From NCBI RefSeq assembly GCF_018350175.1, contig NC_058374.1, positions 45,446,001 through 45,510,000 on the forward strand: a stretch of DNA of 64,000 nt, written 5' to 3'. The notes under the pieces are model-generated. The model searched no databases. It was not told where the DNA came from and saw only the letters and a program-made list of their open reading frames with translations. The position numbers were made by a program, and so were the translations under genes. The stretch comes from Felis catus. Taxonomy: Eukaryota. Shown here piece by piece: positions 1-12,506 of this stretch (position 1 is its first letter; each line of letters opens with the position of its first letter).

Positions 1-121
1 GTACTCCTCCCCATTCAACACATACCATATCTATTCTTATAACCAAAGTAAGCTGGTCTACATATAAGTGAAATTATATTACATATAGTTTCAATTCCTT
101 CAGTGTCTTCCCATTACACTT

Positions 122-330
122 AAAAAAATGTTTTTTAACATTTATTCATTTTTTGACAGAGAGAGACAGAGCGTGAGTGGGTGAGGGGCAGGCAGAGAGG
201 GAGACACAGAATCCGAAGCAGGCTCCAGGCCTTAAGCCATCAGCACAGAGCCCCATGTGGGGCTCCAACTCACGGACCATGAGATCATGACCTGAGCCGA
301 AGTCAGAAGACTGAGCCACCCAGGTGCCCG
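122..330 (-). mobile_element. CAN-SINE
   Basis: tRNA-like head, CT tract, A tail; TSD ttcccatta(c/t)actt. Confidence 0.92.
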
Positions 331-813
331 TTCCCATTATACTTAAATCTAAATTCCCTCTGATGACCTACATGGCTTTTTACAATCCTGCCAGTCACCC
401 CTTGCTCTGGTCCTACTCTGCTTTTACTTCTTCAGACACTTGCTCCTCAGGGTACTGGCACTCACCAGGATATTATTTGTCCAAGATGGCGCATGACTGG
501 GTTATAATTGTGACTCAAGTTTCGGCTTGAAATCTCAGTGTCTCAGGTAGGTCTAGTCTGACTACACTATGTAAAGCAATTCTTCTCCTCCAGTTATTCT
601 CAGTTGCATCAGTCATGACTTATAACCCTGAGTTTGTTTACTTGATCGTTATCAGTCTTCCATAATGTTTTCCATGACTATGCGTTACGTGAGAGCATGG
701 ACTTTATCACATTTCATCTGTATTTATAGCACCCAGGGGCATGCTTAACACGCAGATGTTCAACGTGTGAGTGTGTATGTACTTATTAAATAAGAAATAA
801 AAACAAGAAGGAA

Positions 814-1008
814 GGGGCACCAGGGTGGCTCGGCCACTTAAACGACCGATTTTGGCTCAGGTCATGATCTCACGGTTTGAGAATTTGAGCCCCGCGTGGG
901 GCTCTGTGCTGACAGCTCAGAGCCTGGAGCCTGCTTCCAATTCTGTGTCTCCCTCTCTCTCTGCCCCTTCCCCCCAAAATGAATAAACAAACAAACAAAC
1001 AAAAAGAA
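814..1008 (+). mobile_element. CAN-SINE
   Basis: ggggcaccagggtggctc head, (AAAC)n tail. Confidence 0.9.
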
Positions 1009-2809
1009 GTAATTTGTCTGCACTTTCTGTAACCAGTTGGCTATGTTCGTTCTCTTAGAGTAAGCCTAAAAAACTCTACTCCAAACACCAGGAGTAAAAG
1101 AAGTAGTACAGATGCTTCTTTCAACTCAGAGTTATTATCATTTTTGCATGATTTCTCCAAATTAATATAATCTCAGAAGCTAAGCCCCTTGTTTTGGCTA
1201 CATCATTTTCATCCTCAATACGCCAGTAAGTGGAATTATGTATAGTAAGATATTCCTAATATGGCTTCTATTTCCACCTTAGTATCCTTTGCCTGGCTGT
1301 TATTCAGAGAAATTGGATACTGAGGTGTTATTTTTGTAATGTGAGTAGACAGATGATCAAGTTTCTAGGGTCCACAATATGAAGACATCAAACATGAAGT
1401 TTCCAGGATTTCCTTTAGCCCTCAGGGGTTTTTGTTGTTGTTGTTGTTGTTGTTGTTCCCTTGCCTAATAAATCTAAATAAATTGGTCTCTGCATAGGTG
1501 GGTGGTGGGGACAGGTACTCTTTAAGTCAATATTGAAAAGAATGTAAGCTTCAGTTTATGCATCTAATTGTCTATTGTTTCTTTAACTTACAAGGCAGTC
1601 AATATACATCTTTTTAAATCTATCGGTTTAATCAATATGTATCTTGCACTGTCAGATTCAGAGAAGAAAGATTACCATATGAAACTCAGGTGGAAGTAAT
1701 TTTTATTTTTGCCAGAGTTATTGATGAGAATATTTATAAACATTTTCTCTTCTCCGCGCAAAGTTTATGGCTACTCAAGGCTGATTAATAACAGGGTCAA
1801 TCCCTCCGCAATATCCTTTCCTCAACATAAATGACATGCTGTTGTTGAAGTTTCCCAAGTAGAAATTTCATAGATAACTTATGTATGATCCAAATAGTTT
1901 TCTGGAATGTAGAGATGCTCCGTATTGAATCAATGTCTCCTTTGACAGTTTTGACGTTTTAACATCTCAGTACATAAGTTTTTGATTGAAGATCTCATCT
2001 TATGAGGGTATCACGACAATCAGTTCCCGCTATAGTCCTAGTCTGCTAAAAGCAAACTTACGCGTTGTTTGGGGGGAGAAATATACTTCAATAAGCAATA
2101 AATAGTTCTTTTTTTAGCCAACCTTGTTTTATAGAAACTTTCTATATAAACTCTCCTTCTCTCACACAGAGAATCTTTCATTCATCTATAGTCTAAAATA
2201 ATTTTTGAACTTGCTGTGACAGTATTTATTTTAATCACAATACATATCTTGCTTGTGTTAATAATCAGTATTAATTTCTGCCGCATTCCTAGAATTACAT
2301 AACATTTGATTAAGGCTGTCACCATATTGAGCTTTTTCCGAAGGTGGAGACTAGTCAGATGATCTGAGAAAAATAGTGTAAGTAGGATCATGGGGACTGA
2401 GTGAGTTGCTTTTCATAAGAATGCAAATAACAAGGGGATGCTATTACAGTTGTTCTGAATTCATTGTACATTTTTGCATCTAGAGAAATGATTTAGACCT
2501 AACTATGAAAATACTCTCTCCTCTGACAGTTGATATTAGGATATTAACTTTTATATGTTCTGAAACATGTTTAAAAAAAAAAAACTCTGAAGGGAAGGAG
2601 AGAGAGAGAGAGAGAAGAGCAAGAGACAAAGAGAAAGAGGCAAAATCGTCTCTACATGGGATTTCCTAAGTTACAATTATAGTTACATTAAATATATTTA
2701 AGAGTAATTAACCATATGAAACCAACATTAATGCAAGAACTGAAGACCGCTAAGAAACATCATGTCTTCCTTTCTAGTAAATGATTGCCTTCAGATCCAT
2801 TTGTGGTGA

Positions 2810-3745
2810 TTAGTGATTTCTTCTTTTTAGGATACACTTTACTTTCCACAGCACCCTTAGAGACGCCTGCCGTAATTTATTGTTCCCCAGAATTAGAATC
2901 AATGAATGGCTTGGATAGATGAGAGCTATCAACTCACCAATCATCACAGCTAATTCAGTCTCTGGCATAAAGTAGCTGGAGGTGGCTACGAGAAAAGCCA
3001 AATAGTAAGCAATGAAAAGGAGGAGGAAGGAGATGACAGCTTTCATGGCTCCCACATGGGCTTCTATGCTGGGGTCCCTGCACCCCGTGGCACTGATCTT
3101 CATCTGCCTGGTATGTCTCCACAGGGAGAGGAGCAAGAGGAGAAATGAGATCACGGACACGGAAAAGGGGAATAGCGTCAACAGGTTGAGACAAATCTTG
3201 ACGGAAGCATATTGGGCTTTATTTACTCTGCATTTCACAGTTATGTTTGTTTTCTTCTTTACCTTAACACAAGACCTGAAATCATCGTTCAGATTCTCAG
3301 AGACAACAAGGCTAATGAACACAGAGAAGGCCAAGCATCCCAGCAGGATCCTAGGAATCGCACTGTCAATTTTCCACTTCATCCAGAGGAAAAGGGGATG
3401 GAAGAAATTCGCGATCTTGAGGAAATAGAAGACGCTGAGGCAGGTGGCAAACCAGACATTTAGGTGGTTGGTGAGCGTCCAGAAGAAGTCAATGATTCTC
3501 ATTTTTTTACCGGTAGTATAGACATCTGGATACAGCCCCAGTATAAAATAGTCTAATAGTATGATACATAATAGACAAATTCTGGATATGGCCAGACTTG
3601 TGAGGATTAAGTCAATGGAGGCAATCTTCCTATTCTTGATCCAGTTCATGCAGTTTACCAATCCAATGAATGCATTCCCTAAAATCCCCATTGCAAATTC
3701 TCCAGCTGCTATGAGCATCAAGGTGCTCTCCACTTTATCCAGCAT
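2810..3745 (-). CDS. TAS2R7: Bitter taste receptor type 2 member 7 (311 aa, intact, single exon)
   Basis: True ATG at 3745 ([17 protein letters not shown]); the ORF-track start at 3805 is a GTG. TAS2R motifs [53 protein letters not shown] and an ECL2 sequon (NIT). Closely matches human TAS2R7 as recalled ([35 protein letters not shown]). Confidence 0.93.
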   Translation of the reverse strand: MLDKVESTLMLIAAGEFAMGILGNAFIGLVNCMNWIKNRKIASIDLILTSLAISRICLLCIILLDYFILGLYPDVYTTGKKMRIIDFFWTLTNHLNVWFATCLSVFYFLKIANFFHPLFLWMKWKIDSAIPRILLGCLAFSVFISLVVSENLNDDFRSCVKVKKKTNITVKCRVNKAQYASVKICLNLLTLFPFSVSVISFLLLLLSLWRHTRQMKISATGCRDPSIEAHVGAMKAVISFLLLFIAYYLAFLVATSSYFMPETELAVMIGELIALIYPSHSLILILGNNKLRQASLRVLWKVKCILKRRNH

Positions 3746-4155
3746 GGTAAAATACAGAAATCTCCAACCGTTCCTAGTTGGACTGACGTCGTTTGATAGG
3801 TACACCTACTTCTTGGACTTTGTTGTAATTTTCTTTACCTCTCTTACTGTAGTCTCTCTTGGGATGGAGACTGGAATGATAAGTAGGGACTGGAGCTATG
3901 ATCATTAAATCCTTATCAGTCTTGAGAAGTTAACGTGATTGGTAATCCCTGGCCTGGCCACCTCGTGTATCACGTGTATGTAAAACCTGTATCAGCAGGT
4001 TTTACTTTTCCACACATGGCCAGTTTAGGCTGAGCTACATTTTAGGATGCAAATTAGACCCGTTCCCTTTCATGATCCTGCACTGTCTTTCTAAGGCTAT
4101 GTTTTTTTGTAAGCTTGGGATTCATTAATCTGTGGCACATACTAGTAACCTCAGG

Positions 4156-4321
4156 AGGACTGCTAGATTTAGCAAATAGAAACACCGGACACCCAGTTAA
4201 ACCTGAATTTCAAATAAACAATGAATGATTTTTTTTTTTTTTAGCGTATGCACTAATCACATGAGATTGCTGAAGTTCAAATTTAATTGGGTATCCTGTG
4301 TTTTATCTGGCAAATCTAACC
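4156..4321. mobile_element. MER53-like palindromic hAT MITE
   Basis: Inverted arms ctagatttagcaaatagaaacaccggacacccagttaaacctgaattt / aagttcaaatttaattgggtatcctgtgttttatctggcaa. Confidence 0.75.
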
Positions 4322-4608
4322 TCCACAGATTTTTCTAGCAAATAGAAAATGGGCCAAAATCGAAATTCACTTTGCAAAATGATAATATTGATTACTACGA
4401 AAAATCTAAAGTTTGGGTTAACATTCAAAACCATAGATTTTCAGGGAATTTAAAAGGTTAACGCTAAATATAGATTATTTGGTTCTAAAAAATATTTTAG
4501 CTCATTTATCTTGGTTGTTCAGATGAACATGCACAAGGTTTCATATCATAATGCATTGTCTTATTAGTCAAGTGACATTTAATGGTCATTTAGTTTGTGA
4601 TGCTATAT

Positions 4609-4831
4609 TTGTTTTTATGTTTTTAATGTTTATTTATTTTTGAGAGAGAGAGAGGGAGAGACAGAGCACGAGCAGGGGAGGGGCAGAGAGGGAGGGAGAC
4701 AGAATCTGAAGTAGGCTCCAGGCTCTGAGCTGTCGGCACAGAGCCTGATGTGGGGCTTGAACTCACAAACCACAAGATCATGACTTGAGCTGAAGTCAGA
4801 TGCTTAACGGAATGAGCCACCCAAGCACCCC
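4609..4831 (-). mobile_element. CAN-SINE
   Basis: TSD tgtgatgctatat. Confidence 0.92.
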
Positions 4832-4838
4832 TGTGATG

Positions 4839-4840
<2 letters not shown>

Positions 4841-4868
<28 letters not shown>
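4841..4868. repeat. (AT)14 microsatellite
   Basis: Perfect dinucleotide run. Confidence 0.95.
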
Positions 4869-4871
<3 letters not shown>

Positions 4872-5534
4872 GAGATGAAGGAGTCATAATAAAAAACAAT
4901 ATCGATTACCTTTATATTTTCCCTTTTCATTTAAAAGGTACTCAAGGGCAGTTGTACACATAGAAGAAGAGAGCAAAATCCTGTGTTTTGATCTACCCTC
5001 TGCCCTCTGCCATGCCAAATTGTATCTGAGAATCTACATCCTTAGCTCTTCTAGACTATTCGGCAGGACACCGATGATGAAACTTACCTCATTCCTACAG
5101 ACGAACTCTCTTACCTTTATGCAGCTTCTCTAAATTTAGAGTTACTGAGAAACACTTTGCAACATAGTGTTTCCACGGAATAATTTTAGGGGTGCTCATA
5201 CCTTCTTTGGGAACACATATCTTCTCATCCATCCTCAAAGGACAAACCTTCATTCCTGAGATGCCGCTCTGATTTGGGGGGGAAAACATGCCTCATTCTG
5301 TAGCCATCTTCACAGATGACTGCTTTCCTCTGAGCTTAGAAATGATCCCTGACCCAAGCACATCATTTCCTTTTCCATAGTGTCCTGGTAAATAAAGGGA
5401 CTTCAGTAACTATAATCATACCTTTACCGAAATAAATTTTAGAATACGCTTTTTGGTTGTTTGCAAGTGAGAGTAGATTTTATACATAGCTGTGTAGTAT
5501 AGCATGGAATTTCTGGTGCCGGTACTATGAAAGC

Positions 5535-6348
5535 AGGATGAAAGTTCCTTGAAAGATTAAAAATACAACTATCATATGATCCAGCAAGCCCGATTCTGGG
5601 TATTTATTTATGGATAAATCTTTTTTTATGGCTCAGTTGATTAACCATCCAACTCTGGATTTCGGCTCAGGTCATGACCTCACAATTTTGTGAGATCGAG
5701 CCCCATATTGGGTTCTGCACTGACAGTGAGCCTGCTTGGGGTTCTGTCTCTCCCTCTCTCTCTCTGCCCCTCCTCCATGCATGCTCTTTCTCTCTCTCAA
5801 AATCCATAAACTTAAAACAATAAATAAATTGAAATCGGGGTCTCAACGTGATATTTGCACTCACGTTTATTGCAGTATTATTCACGACAGCTAAATGTAG
5901 AAGCACCCTAATTGCCCCCTGACATATGAGTGAATAAAGAAAATGTGTTACATACAGACAATGGATTATCATTCAGTCTTAAAGAGAAGAAAATCTTGCA
6001 ATATGCAAACACACGGGCGGACCTGGAAGACATTGGGCTAAGTGAAATAAGGTAGTTACAAGAAGGACAAATATTGCCCAGTTCCACTCATATGGGTATC
6101 TAGAATGGTCAAATCATAAAAGCAAACAGCAAAACAGTGGCTGCCAGGGCCCGAAGGGACATAAGAATGGCGAGTTGCTATCCTATGAGTATCAAGTTTC
6201 AGCTATGTGAGAAATATAGGTTCTAGAGATATGCTCTACAATATTGTGCTTACAGTTAACAACTGTTAACCATACTTTGTACACTTAAAGATTTGTGAAA
6301 AACGTAGATCTCATATTAAATGCCCTAACTACAATAAAAAAAAAAAAA
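5535..6348 (+). mobile_element. L1 (L1MB-like) ORF2 end/3'UTR with poly-A, SINE inserted
   Basis: atatgatccagcaagccc, gctaagtgaaataagg, gaaggacaaatattg, tgtacacttaaa, terminal A tract. Confidence 0.8.
5628..5835 (+). mobile_element. CAN-SINE, older, inside L1
   Basis: SINE body and tail. Confidence 0.85.
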
Positions 6349-7903
6349 CAGTAAAGAAAACAGAAAAAAAAAATTTGTGCGAGAGGGTTTGGTCACCAGC
6401 TTACTACTTTGAACCTCGGTCATGGTCAGTGGAGGTATTTCAAACACTGGAGATACAGAAAACTAAATAGGGAGGAAAGGACTTCAGACTAATGGAGGGA
6501 ACCCTTCCCAGAAGTACTAATCTTATAAACTATTTATTGCATCTAAACCTGCAGAAGAATTTAAAGTTCGTTGCAGTGAAGAATTAGCAGGTATTATGCA
6601 GAATACACTAATTTATCCCGTTAAGAGAACATCAGTTCTCCTGTCTCATACAACAAATAGCATCCAAAATGCTAGGATATTAGAAATATAGTTGATTAAG
6701 TTTATATACATAAGACTGTAAACATTGGGACTTTACGGAGTGAATTTTACATCATCATATGCAGAAAAATTGATAATCTTCAGGCAATTAATATTTTAGT
6801 TATAACAAAAGGAAATGAGTAGATTGAAATAGACCAGAATTTGACATAGCCAATGGCGGGAGCTGAAATGCACAGTCATTAACGGAACAGACGTGAATTT
6901 AGACGTGCCAGATCAAGTGTTTCAGTGCTACTCTAGTAACAAAGGATTTGTTGTTCACGGTAGAATGAGGTTTTTGTAGTGACTCTTTATTTTTCTTCTT
7001 TTTGTGTGCGTGTAATTTACTCTGTATGTGTTATGGGCATACATTGCTTTTTTACTGATAGCATGTAGTTACTCTACAATGTAATTACTCTACAATGTAT
7101 GTTAATTTCTTCTCAATGAATTGCTTTTCTAGAGTCTTGAGTGGTAAGAGCCCTTGCAGGTCTTATTAAGAAAGGAACCTGAGCAAAGCAGTCTGATTGA
7201 TATTACTTACCCCCATCCTTTTACCGAGATTGTGAAGAGCACTTAGGAATACCCTTAGGGAGAGATGCTTGAATGAGTTCTGTTCCCATCCTACTGCTGC
7301 CTGAACAGCAAGTTGTTTGTACAGAAACTTAATTTCAAGGAAAATGAATAGGAGCTTCCAGAATAAGGTCCGCCAGAATATATTATGTAGGAGACAACCT
7401 AAAGCCTCACTCACTTGGGAGGAGACAGATACATAACTAGGAAACTGAACCAGACATGGGACAGGGGAGATCCGAGTTCCTAGTTAATAATCCAAATGGG
7501 AATGACCCAACAGAGCCACCAAGGGGGCAAAATTAAGGGTCAGCAATGAAAATATGTGATAGGGAAAAAAATGAAAAAAAATCAGTGCAGTTCAGTGCAC
7601 TCTACCATGGGCCAAAGTAAAATCTTGAAAGAAAGTAACTAGGCAGTACATGCCTAACCTCTGCAGTAAGGTGGCAAAAAGAGTAAGTGTGGGCTCTGAA
7701 ATTCTCAGAGGAAAGAGTGAAGGTGAGAATCTGGGGTGTAAAGACACAGAAAGGATATATACATTCATGTGCTAATAGGCCTCAAGAGCACTTCAAGATG
7801 TGTACCCAAAATAAATGGGATAACAGGACGAAACAAGAATGTATTTTTTTTTTTTATTAGGCAACAAGATTTGGTTTTCAAGTTTACGTACAAAGCCAAG
7901 ATT

Positions 7904-8838
7904 TTACATCATGCAGACCGTTTTGCCATACCTTGGCATCCTGATAGATGCCCTGCCTCAGCTTGTTATTCCCAATAATTAAAATGAGTGAATGACCAGA
8001 AGGATAGAGAATTGGTATAGCTTCTCCAAACATCACAGCGAACTTGCGTTCTTTCATAAGGTGGCTAAAAGTCACCAAAAGGGAAACCTCATAACACACA
8101 AAAAGGAGGAAGAGAAATGAAGTCATAGTTTTCATGGCTCCCGCCTGGGCCTCTGTGCTGGGACCTCCACAGCCTGTAACACTGGGTTTCATTTGCTTGA
8201 CATGTCTCTGTAGGGACACAATTAAAAGAAAAAGTGAGATCAATGACACAGTCCATGGGACAATTGCCAACAGGTTAAAGAGGGTCAGCGGGTTGAAGAA
8301 TTGACTCTTACTCACATGGAACATTTCAGGGCAGTTGCTTTTATGTTCTGCAATTTTATGAAACTCCTAATCATAATGTGGTGTCATTGCCAGTAGAAGG
8401 CTGACCAAGGAGGAGATGGCCAAACAGCCCAGCAGAATCCAGTGAATCACTCTGTCAATTCTCCCTCTTCAGCCAGAGAAAAAAGTGGGTGGGAGAAGTT
8501 GGCTATCTTGAGGAAATAGAAAACATTGAGTCAGGTGGCAAACCATATACTTAAGTAGTTGGCAACTGTCCAGACGATATGCATGATGGCTTTTTAGTTT
8601 AGCATTTTCATAAAAATCTGGGTAGAGATATCATTATGATGATATTTACTATCATTATACAGAGCAAACACATTCTGGAGATGGCTAGACTGGGGAGGAT
8701 ATAGTCAGTTGAGGAGATCTTTTTCTTCTTAATCCAGTCAATCCAGTTTACCAGTCCAGTGTATACATTCCTCAGAATTCCTATTATGAATTCTCCAGTT
8801 ATTATGATCATGAAGATGTTGTCTTCTGTACAGAGCAT
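7904..8838 (-). pseudogene. TAS2R8P: TAS2R8 pseudogene
   Basis: ATG at 8838 (MLCTEDNIFMIIITGEF...VNWIDWIKKKKIS) and C-terminal fragment MFHVSKSQFFNPLTLFNLLAIVP match TAS2R8. Lesions: frameshifts near 8620, 8593, 8479-8484, 8463-8465 and 7951-7953; in-frame TGA 8531-8533 and TAG 8367-8369. Ancestral stop TAA at 7904-7906 after ...KTVCMM. Confidence 0.9.
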
Positions 8839-10702
8839 ATTGGTAGAGAGAACACCCTGGTCTCCATTATCACTGCAGATGGGCTAATTTACAGATTCTC
8901 AGTTGAAGGGTGGTAATAAGTTCTTCAAGTCATGAAATAATGCTTTCTTTTCATTCACTATTTGGATTTTGATATCATTCCAGGAGTACCAAGCTCTCTT
9001 TGGAAATAGGATGGCTTCTACATTTGTGAGGACTAAACCAACTGGTTGTTCCAAACATTTTGATGAGCTTTGAGGCTGGGCAAATTATAATCATCACCCT
9101 TTTAGTGAGTGGTAAGTGAAATGTTTGGTTGAAAATGCTCTCATACCCATTAAAAGAGATTCGATTTCATGAATTTGCAACAGGCTTCTTGCTATTAAGT
9201 TTTGAGTACTCCGTTCGACCTGTTGAACTGAGTTTCAAACAGGGAGCCACAGACAGCAGAAAAAAACCATGTATTCCATAAAAATCACAATGTGTAAAAT
9301 GAAAGTTCATTTTCATCACCATAAACTGTAGGCCAATCACGAGTCAGGTTTCCTGGCTCTTGGAAATGAATTTTAGTTTTGGAAATGATCAGTACAATTG
9401 GATTAGAGAAAATTAACATTCAGTCAGAGGATAATAATTTTCATTTTCATATAAATGGTTAATCAGAGAAGGATATGGTACCAATCTAATTATACATGCT
9501 ATAGTGTTATTAGTCAGGCAGGCACGTGGCAATATTTACAAATATTTTGCCTCTATGCAGTTTTTTAATAGAAGTGAAAGATGCTAGATTAAAATTTGCT
9601 AGTTTCATTTCATTGAATGTAGGAAATGCTCCCCGTCTGAAATGATCATCCCAAAATGTTGTCTCTTGGATAATACACATTTTCATATAAAATTAAGGAA
9701 GCACACTTTATTCTCTTATAATCAACTCTTTTTATAAGACTTACAACCTCACATTCTACATTGTAGTCATTTCTCCTGATGGGGCAATCACATTTTTAAA
9801 AATGTTAACCGAATAATGTTTTCAGGGAAGAAGACTAATTCTGCTATCAAATTGATTTATTCTTTCTTGGGAGACCCATTCCACAATAAATTTAAATCGA
9901 AGTAATACAAATCACAGAACGAGGGTTCTTCTTCTTGTATTTAAGTACTTAAATAATGTAAATAACATATGTAGTATATTTCCTATTTCTATTGCATATT
10001 GTGTTACAGGAAAGCATGAAATTAATAATTTAAGGAAACCTAGTTATCTGTAAAATGTTACCAGAAACAGAATAGAAAAGATAATGATGTTAAGAGAGAG
10101 AAAAAAAAAAAAACCAAACAAACAAGTCAAAGATTCTTGAGTCTAGAAGGGTAGAGAAAACATTCCAAAGAATCTTTGAGAATTGACCCTAAAGCTGGGT
10201 GGTTTTGATATACATATCCCTTAACTGTAGACCCCACACTCCTTTTCCTGGTCAAACATTTTCTTGAGATCACATCTCTTTTCCTACATTATATTTCACC
10301 CTGAAGAGGGTCTCACCCAGTGTTTTATCTCCTTCCTTAATGGGACAAATCATTCTAGAAATGGAGGGGGTAGAGCAGAAAAAATAAGAACGGACCTCCT
10401 CCGGCTCAGAAGAAGTACAGTTTCTTATAGGATCGATTTTATAGGAAGGGCTGATATGTTTTAAAACCTCTTCCCTGCAGCCTGTTTGCCTGAAATTCTT
10501 CTGCTGCTTTTTGAGCTCAAGGTTTTTACCAGAATATGACAGAAAGGAGAACCTCTTTGCCTTGGGCTCATCTTTCCTGCAGACACGAGGAAATGCACGT
10601 GGCTCCATGATAACATTTGACTTAAACAAGATGGAAATGTGAAGGAACCCAAAGGGAAATTTAGAATAATGATAGATATGCATGACTCTTAACAGCATAC
10701 AA

Positions 10703-11716
10703 TTAAGCAAATGAATGTAACCCCCGGGGAGAAGGGAGACAGTCTTTTGTTGATTTCTTTCTCCCCGTATTCAGGATTCTCTGCGGAACAAGAGGTTTCC
10801 TTCTTTTGTGGAAGCCCTTCACACACCTTAGCACCTTCAGAAAGGCCTCCCTCAGCTTGCTGTTGCCCATGATCAGGATGAATGAATGGCTTGATGGGAA
10901 AATGACAGTGACTATGCCACCAAACATCAGCACTAACCGTCCTTGGGGAATCAGGAAGCTAGAAGTGACTACAAGAAAGACTGCATAGTACATGATGAAG
11001 AAAAGCAGAAAGATGGTCACTGCCTTTATGGCCCTCATGTGTGCCTCTGTGCTACAGTCCCTGGACCCGGTGGCGTAAAGTTGCATCTGCTTAGCGTGTC
11101 TAAAGAGGGAGAAAAGTAACAAGACAAAGGAGATTAGGCACAGAGCAAAGGGAACTAGAGCCCCCAGGTTCAGGATAATCAGTTTGAAAGCGCTTGGGGC
11201 TTTACTCACTCTGAATTCCCAAGTTATGTTTTCCTCGTGATTGACTTCGACGTGACCCCAGGATCCCTCTTTCAAAAAGACACTAATAATTATGGAGGTG
11301 AGGAAGGACGCCAGAAAAAGCCCCAGGACGACTCTGGTAACGTTTAGCTTCAGCCAGAGGAACACCGGGTGGGATATGTTGGCTATCTTCAGTAAGTAGA
11401 AAATGCTGAGGCAAGCAGTGAACCAGACACTTGAATGGTTGCTCAGTGTCCAGAAAGCATCCAAGGTGTTTATTGTCTCATTTTGAGCATACGCATGTGG
11501 AGAGAGCAGCAGAACAAAGCCTTCTGCAGATACCACACACAACACACAGATTCTGGAGATGGCCAAACTCACCAGGATGATGTCAATCACGGAGCTATCT
11601 CGCCTTTGGAGCCAACCAGTGCAGTTAACCAGTACAATAAATCCATTTCCCCAGATTCCTATAGTCAATTCACCAGCAATCAAGACCATATATATTACCT
11701 CCACTGCACTTGGCAT
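10703..11716 (-). CDS. TAS2R9: Bitter taste receptor type 2 member 9 (337 aa, intact, extended C-terminus)
   Basis: ATG at 11716; MPSAVEVIYMVLIAGELTIGIWGNGF, HEENITWEFRVSK, LIPQGRLVLMFG, FPSSHSFILIMGNSKLREAF are diagnostic of TAS2R9; uninterrupted ORF. Confidence 0.93.
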   Translation of the reverse strand: MPSAVEVIYMVLIAGELTIGIWGNGFIVLVNCTGWLQRRDSSVIDIILVSLAISRICVLCVVSAEGFVLLLSPHAYAQNETINTLDAFWTLSNHSSVWFTACLSIFYLLKIANISHPVFLWLKLNVTRVVLGLFLASFLTSIIISVFLKEGSWGHVEVNHEENITWEFRVSKAPSAFKLIILNLGALVPFALCLISFVLLLFSLFRHAKQMQLYATGSRDCSTEAHMRAIKAVTIFLLFFIMYYAVFLVVTSSFLIPQGRLVLMFGGIVTVIFPSSHSFILIMGNSKLREAFLKVLRCVKGFHKRRKPLVPQRILNTGRKKSTKDCLPSPRGLHSFA

Positions 11717-12300
11717 GTCAGCAGAGTTCCTGTCTGGGATATCACCGATGATGGTGTCAGCTTTCAGCTGACCAGTGAAGGATGGTGTTTAAGTCTGCCA
11801 CTGTCGTCCTGCCGGGTAGTTGTCTTTTTCTGCCCTCTTTGTCGGCATTGATCCAGGTCACTGAGATAGCCAGGTCTGCCCCGGATGACAACGGCCTGCG
11901 TGCCGACTCCACTGATTGACCAGTCCTGGCTCTCAAGTGAAGAGATGATTGCAAGCCTCTAAGATGCAAATAGGAATGTATCTGATTTCTTGGATTTGCA
12001 CAACCTTTCTCCTTTTAAGCTCTGTATATTTTGGAGTCTTTGAATTTAAGCTTTAGACCAGGAACTGCAAGAAAGAATCAATTACTTGGAAAACGATGGA
12101 TCCAATTTAATTCGGAGACGTGGCAACATGACCACCTCTGATGACTTGCAAAGTACCCCCACGTTATGGTCCATTTTGTGCAAAATGCATGTTTGGGAGA
12201 TTAAAAACGATTGCTAATTTAGAGTGTAGATAGTTAATGTGACTAATTTCAGCCTTACAGCAATGTATTCACTTCATTAATTAGAATAACTCAGGTAGGG

Positions 12301-12506
12301 GGGCGCCTGGGTGGCGCAGTCGGTTAAGCGTCCGACTTCAGCCAGGTCACGATCTCGCGGTCCGTGAGTTCGAGCCCCGCGTCAGGCTCTGGGCTGATGG
12401 CTCGGAGCCTGGAGCCTGTTTCCGATTCTGTGTCTCCCTCTCTCTCTGCCCCTCCCCCGTTCATGCTCTGTCTCTCTCTGTCCCAAAAATAAATAAAAAA
12501 CGTTGA
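12301..12506 (+). mobile_element. Young SINEC_Fc
   Basis: Perfect 18-bp TSD agaataactcaggtaggg; CpGs intact. Confidence 0.95.

Noticed and set aside
3746-3805. 20-aa N-terminal extension of TAS2R7 in the ORF track
   Set aside because: It starts at GTG (prokaryote-style caller). The first ATG, 3745, matches the family start.
7066-7098. 15-bp tandem duplication (ttactctacaatgta); similar at ~45990-46015 and ~53980-54005
   Set aside because: Ordinary slippage duplications in non-coding or repeat DNA.
10270-10710. 146-aa ORF directly after the TAS2R9 stop
   Set aside because: Non-ATG start, random-looking composition, lies in the presumptive 3'UTR.
12301-12380. tRNA-like A/B boxes in SINE heads (here and at many sites)
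   Set aside because: CAN-SINEs are tRNA-derived; no full cloverleaf gene is present.
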